DNA of 64,000 nucleotides from an uncultured Bacteroidales bacterium (GTDB lineage Bacteria; Bacteroidota; Bacteroidia; Bacteroidales; WCHB1-69): NCBI GenBank assembly GCA_905235135.1, contig CAJOKR010000004.1, positions 25,027 to 89,026 of the forward strand, read 5' to 3'. Shown piece by piece: positions 61,001 to 64,000 of this stretch (position 1 is its first letter; each line of letters starts with the position of its first letter). The notes under the pieces were generated by a model. It saw only the letters and a program-made list of their open reading frames with translations, ran no database searches and was not told where the DNA came from. The position numbers and the translations under genes were made by a program.

Positions 61001-64000
61001 TGCCGTCAAGTCCGGTGTTTTCATTCAAATAGACAGAGAACTGCTCGTCATAGTAGCTGCTTGCAGCCTTATAGTCATAACTGAGAAGGTAGGTGTCATA
61101 ACCGAAGTTCAACGTTTCAATACACGGGGAAATGATCATGGCGTCTGCGTCATTGACATCGCTGCCCGTGAACTGGATGGCGCCGTTGGCCACTTGCATG
61201 GTAGCATCGTTTGGATTGACGATAGCGGGCCATTCATTCGTGTTGGAGAAATTCTCGACGTAAGGAATGCTCTTCGCCTCCGTCAAACGGGTGACACCGG
61301 AAATAGCCGTGTTGTTCTCGGTGTTGGTTTCGCTCGGAATCGTCACCCAAGCAGTGATGGTGTTAGTATTCGCCGTGAAGACCGGAGCCGAGGTGAAGGT
61401 ATAGACGTAGGTGTCACCCTCGTTCATCGGGGCGGCCAACGTGACCGTCTCGTGTACGGCATCGCCGTCGTTCACTTTGTAGTAGGCCTCGAAAGTGCTG
61501 ATCGGAGATTCCAGCATGTTTTTCACCGTAATACGGGCAACCATGTTGGAAAGGTCGCAGTTGCTCGGGTTGGTATAGACATCCACCAGGGCAATGTCCA
61601 CCAAAGCGGGGCAGAGAACCGTGGTGGTCACTTCCTCACTCTCATCATCATCACCGCAAAGAGCCTTGACAGAAACCGTGTAGGCGTCGCCGGGTTGCAT
61701 ACCGGAGACCGTGTAAGTGGGTTCCGTAAGCGTGACGGTGGTGGCATCGCCCGCATTCGGGGTCAGCGTCATGATCCAGGAAGTCTCCTCACCGCCGGCT
61801 TCCCAAGTGATGGTGGAAGAACCATTCTCAACCGGAGTGGCCACCAAGTCAACGGGAGCAACGCAAAGGACAGCATCACCAACCATCAGGTTAGAAATAA
61901 CGGCGCCGGGCTGGGTACCGCTGCTGGTATCATCTCTCCATGCAAAGACCAATTTGCCTTGTCCGTTAGGATCCGGATTCACAACCTTCATGTCCACATG
62001 GATGATGTTTCCTTGTGTCAAGTTCAACTTATAAGGAAGGGAAGTGTTGCCGGTTTGAGGCAGATAATCGCTGAAATTGAATGCGTAATCGGAATAGCTA
62101 TTACTGCTGTAAGAAGTGGAGGAGCTGGCAGAGGCAGGATAGGTGGAAGTAGAGGGGGCAAGGAACACCTTAAGGTAATCGTAGGAGGACTCACCACCAA
62201 CTTCAACGTCGAAAGAGACGTGGACGGAATCGTCAGCAGGCATGGCGAAGAGCTTCTCAGCGGAAACGACGCAAGCAGCGGACACCGTGTACGCGGCACT
62301 GCTTCCGTTATTCGTGATGTACAGAGCGGAGTAACTCTTATTGGAAGGCGTACCCATCATCCACTTGTTTTCACTGGTGCTGTTGTTGAGCATCCAGCCA
62401 CCCTCGGAGAAGTCCGTGGCATAAGGAAGCGCCGTCGGAATCATCGGGGTCGTCAGAGAGGCGGTGATATAATTGGATTCATCGCCGGTGCAGAGGGTCT
62501 TCACACGCACATCGTAGCTGGTGATAGGCATCAGATTTGTCAAAGTATAAGTATTGTTCGTCACTTCCACGGAGGTCCATTCGGTGGCATCGGCAGCCTT
62601 GTAACCCACACGCCATGCGGTAGCGTCACCACCGTTCCAAGAGAGGGTGGCGCCTGTAGCTGTCACATTGCTCACAACCAGATTCGTAGGATCGGCGCAG
62701 TGTTCGTCGCCGCAAACGAGACCGGAAATCGTAAGCTTGATGTTGGGACGATAGTAACTTCTTGAACCCGTCACATCCACAGGGAATTCGTAATCCATGG
62801 CAGCATCCTGTTGCATATACAGAGTAGTGTTGGTCACATTGGTATAGTTGTACTTCAAAGAGTTGGTATAATTATTCCCTCTTCTCGAAACAACAACAAC
62901 CAAATTGTCAGTTCCGTTGTATTCGTATGGAGTGTCCAACGTGTAGGTTTCCCAACCTGTGGCTGTACCCACTGAACCATTCGTTCTGCTATATACAAGC
63001 GACAAGCCATCGAACGGAGTCCAATCCGAAGTACCGCTGTAGGTGGAGGAAGAACGCGTACCCAAATAAATCTTCAGGGAGGTATAATCAAGGGCGGTAG
63101 AAGAGGCAACATCAAAAGACAACTCAGTAATGGTACCGGCACCATCGAACTCGGAAGCCGGATAAATCATTTCCGCATAAGAATTGTTATAGTAGTTGCA
63201 CATGGGCGAATAATAATTGTTGGCAGTTCCGTTACCAACGATATGCTCCGCGTAGCCAGGCACAAAGGTTGCGCACTCCGTGGTAAACGCGCCGGTAAGC
63301 CACTCCATGGTCTCGTCGCCACAGGCGGATTTCACACGCACAGTGTAGTCGGTACTGTAAGCGAGGTTGCTGAGTGCCACAGTGGCCGTGGTGGCGTTAA
63401 CCGTAGTCCAGACATCGGAGCTGGAAGCCTTGTACTGCAAGTTCCAAGCGCTCTCATTACCGCCAGGGGTCCAAGTCACGGAAGCGGAATTGGTGGTCAC
63501 GTCAGAGAACGTCAAATTCGAAGACGGACGGCAAGAGGGTGCCAACGACACGGTGAAGTCATCCAAGTTCCAAGATTCGGTGGAAGAGGTGCTCGTGTAG
63601 CGAAGGGCTATGCGGGCATTGGCAGGTGTGCTGTAGGGGAACAAGTATGTGCCCATAAAAGTACCCACGCCATTGCGGGTAGAAGGTCCGGGAGTCGTGC
63701 CCACCGGCACAAAGGTGGTCATATCGGTCAGGTCCGTGAGATAACCCACTTCCATGGTGCCGTATGAGGTGCTGGTGCGGGTAGCCCAGAAAGAAACCTG
63801 CAAATCGTAGGTGTTGTTGGCGAACGCGGGCAGCACCAACACATTGGTGGAACCTTTGAATTCAGCAGAATTTTGACCGGAGTGACAGGCTGAAGAATAA
63901 CCGCAATAGACGAACGGACCGTTCGGTTTCACAGGAGTCTCCCAGCAGATGAACGGTTGCTCATTACTGCCTTGGTAACCCTCAAAGTCTTCGAACCAGG
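58071..64000 (-). CDS. giant secreted surface protein (more than 1970 aa, 5' end beyond the window) with FN3 domains, tandem InlB-B-repeat-like modules and a T9SS C-terminal sorting domain
   Basis: The frame stays open to nt 64000 (...WFEDFEGYQGSNEQPFICWETPVKPNG...). FN3-like blocks include ..SASVTWTPGGNESAWNLQYK.. The last 81 aa (..IKVYGEHQNVHILN...GTYMVNVTTDKGVANYKVVLMK) look like a Por/T9SS C-terminal domain. Confidence 0.8.
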   Translation of the reverse strand, partial: WFEDFEGYQGSNEQPFICWETPVKPNGPFVYCGYSSACHSGQNSAEFKGSTNVLVLPAFANNTYDLQVSFWATRTSTSYGTMEVGYLTDLTDMTTFVPVGTTPGPSTRNGVGTFMGTYLFPYSTPANARIALRYTSTSSTESWNLDDFTVSLAPSCRPSSNLTFSDVTTNSASVTWTPGGNESAWNLQYKASSSDVWTTVNATTATVALSNLAYSTDYTVRVKSACGDETMEWLTGAFTTECATFVPGYAEHIVGNGTANNYYSPMCNYYNNSYAEMIYPASEFDGAGTITELSFDVASSTALDYTSLKIYLGTRSSSTYSGTSDWTPFDGLSLVYSRTNGSVGTATGWETYTLDTPYEYNGTDNLVVVVSRRGNNYTNSLKYNYTNVTNTTLYMQQDAAMDYEFPVDVTGSRSYYRPNIKLTISGLVCGDEHCADPTNLVVSNVTATGATLSWNGGDATAWRVGYKAADATEWTSVEVTNNTYTLTNLMPITSYDVRVKTLCTGDESNYITASLTTPMIPTALPYATDFSEGGWMLNNSTSENKWMMGTPSNKSYSALYITNNGSSAAYTVSAACVVSAEKLFAMPADDSVHVSFDVEVGGESSYDYLKVFLAPSTSTYPASASSSTSYSSNSYSDYAFNFSDYLPQTGNTSLPYKLNLTQGNIIHVDMKVVNPDPNGQGKLVFAWRDDTSSGTQPGAVISNLMVGDAVLCVAPVDLVATPVENGSSTITWEAGGEETSWIMTLTPNAGDATTVTLTEPTYTVSGMQPGDAYTVSVKALCGDDDESEEVTTTVLCPALVDIALVDVYTNPSNCDLSNMVARITVKNMLESPISTFEAYYKVNDGDAVHETVTLAAPMNEGDTYVYTFTSAPVFTANTNTITAWVTIPSETNTENNTAISGVTRLTEAKSIPYVENFSNTNEWPAIVNPNDATMQVANGAIQFTGSDVNDADAMIISPCIETLNFGYDTYLLSYDYKAASSYYDEQFSVYLNENTGLDGNERLISTKVFNNTEYVHVTERTNYVDLESTHPVLTNAHLIFKAESDAGSDGFSIDNVSLKVGKTVLVFTDGNGTADVIANDKVAMLSVPNMVSYLVPVNEEATFIMTANEGYHVSGIYRNLGNDEWELLRGENPNNAAVDFFTIVPQQHYSYLVTFAPNNYEVNATVSNLYVTEYNNNAPGAIYTPAHETVAHGGTHTGVITVLPNFHFESVLVNGMDYTEFVTPLGNNQYTLTLSSVMEDKDITVLVDLDSTTIIYTVEGGEGVINNEFVVDANTPLPAVYTATLPGYSDLFSTIVPAPGYHVASIIIDGVEHNNIESYSFEHLFGTHTVVVTFAVNHYVITTAGYGNGTVSEGAEFDYDPDYTYVFTATPADGYRIGTLTRNNEALTVANPAETFTDTLTNITSDYNYEVFFVQNTYTITATCGANGTISPAGASSYFYHQNAEYVITANAGYYIASVTYDGTTYNFTQEDGLTTFTVPFFNIEEDHAISATFAAMSFEITVNAGAHGTITPATASYAYGATPTFTITSEAGYSIADVTVDGTSIGAVSTYTFPALTADHSIAATFAANVYTITATAGNGGTISPAGASTVAYNGDKTYTISANSGYHVSDVFVDGISVGAVTSYSFTGVTANHTIYAAFAANEYTVTVTQPNHGTITPGTTTVLYGATPSFVITPAIGYNVASIAVNGSNVNLNNVPNVNGTYTYTFAAINSNQTITATMTAKTYTIAASAGSNGTISPSGNTTVNHGGSQAYTFTPANGYVVAQVTVDGMSIGAPTSYVFTNVVANHTINVTFAAAECEAPIFLYTHIDSTSAMLHWSHPTATTFNIQYKNPTSNFTTIANVSGNSYQLTGLTPGATYLWQVQAICAGNNHSDWANMVSFQTDNTTIDETGIEDLVKNNIKVYGEHQNVHILNNEGMNIDNVRIFDAYGKLIYSGSVNTTHEVISLNVAAGTYMVNVTTDKGVANYKVVLMK
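58602..60000 (-). repeat. coding tandem array of at least six ~75-82-aa modules (Y.I/VT..AG.NGTISP...Y.I.A..GY.V..V.VDG......Y.F..V..NH.I.A.FA)
   Basis: Repeated protein modules are visible in the translation, for example NVYTITATAGNGGTISPAGAS...ANHTIYAAFAA and KTYTIAASAGSNGTISPSGNT...ANHTINVTFAA. More diverged copies continue to about 60700. Confidence 0.6.

Overview
The window looks like a Bacteroidota chromosome segment, probably Bacteroidales or Prevotellaceae-like. Supporting signs are TAnnTTTG -7 promoter boxes in front of many genes, a T9SS-type C-terminal sorting domain, GH97, PepSY-like and M64 genes, and the absence of Shine-Dalgarno sites. I call about 60 genes.

The backbone is high-GC housekeeping: ClC channel, rfbC, GH97, gcvP, mutY, ribD, TatD, MATE, radA and one tRNA-Ala(GGC). 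Spot counts of 60-nt lines in this backbone gave 55-62% GC. Two low-GC accessory segments interrupt it:
- Positions 1.7-5.6 kb hold five secreted or outer-membrane proteins next to the tRNA.
- Positions about 37.0-45.2 kb hold a defence island (spot counts 33-42% GC).

The island carries two modules:
- A translationally coupled four-gene operon (37373-41828). It encodes a C5 DNA methyltransferase, a 713-aa protein with two GHKL ATPase modules (MORC/MutL-like at the N-terminus, histidine-kinase type with an H-box at the C-terminus), a receiver-domain protein, and a small protein with a gingipain/caspase-like His-Cys dyad. I cannot assign this operon to any named system, and it is the best candidate here for an undescribed defence system.
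- A Sau3AI/MutH-family restriction enzyme with a second C5 methyltransferase (41983-45170). A 27-codon remnant of a third C5 methyltransferase lies between the two modules.

Nearby elements:
- A vsr gene carrying an in-frame insertion of a 7-bp-period repeat.
- An AbiEi/AbiEii pair.
- A ParE/RelE toxin-antitoxin pair.
- A duplicated 5' piece of a TSCPD gene.

At least six genes carry single-nucleotide frame disruptions and one carries an in-frame stop. Two of the indels sit directly at GATC sites. Several families of unusual intergenic repeats are present: an approximately 80-bp CGCAGA-word element in five copies, GAGACGC hairpins in three copies, and many short-period degenerate arrays. I found no rRNA, CRISPR array, integrase or transposase.
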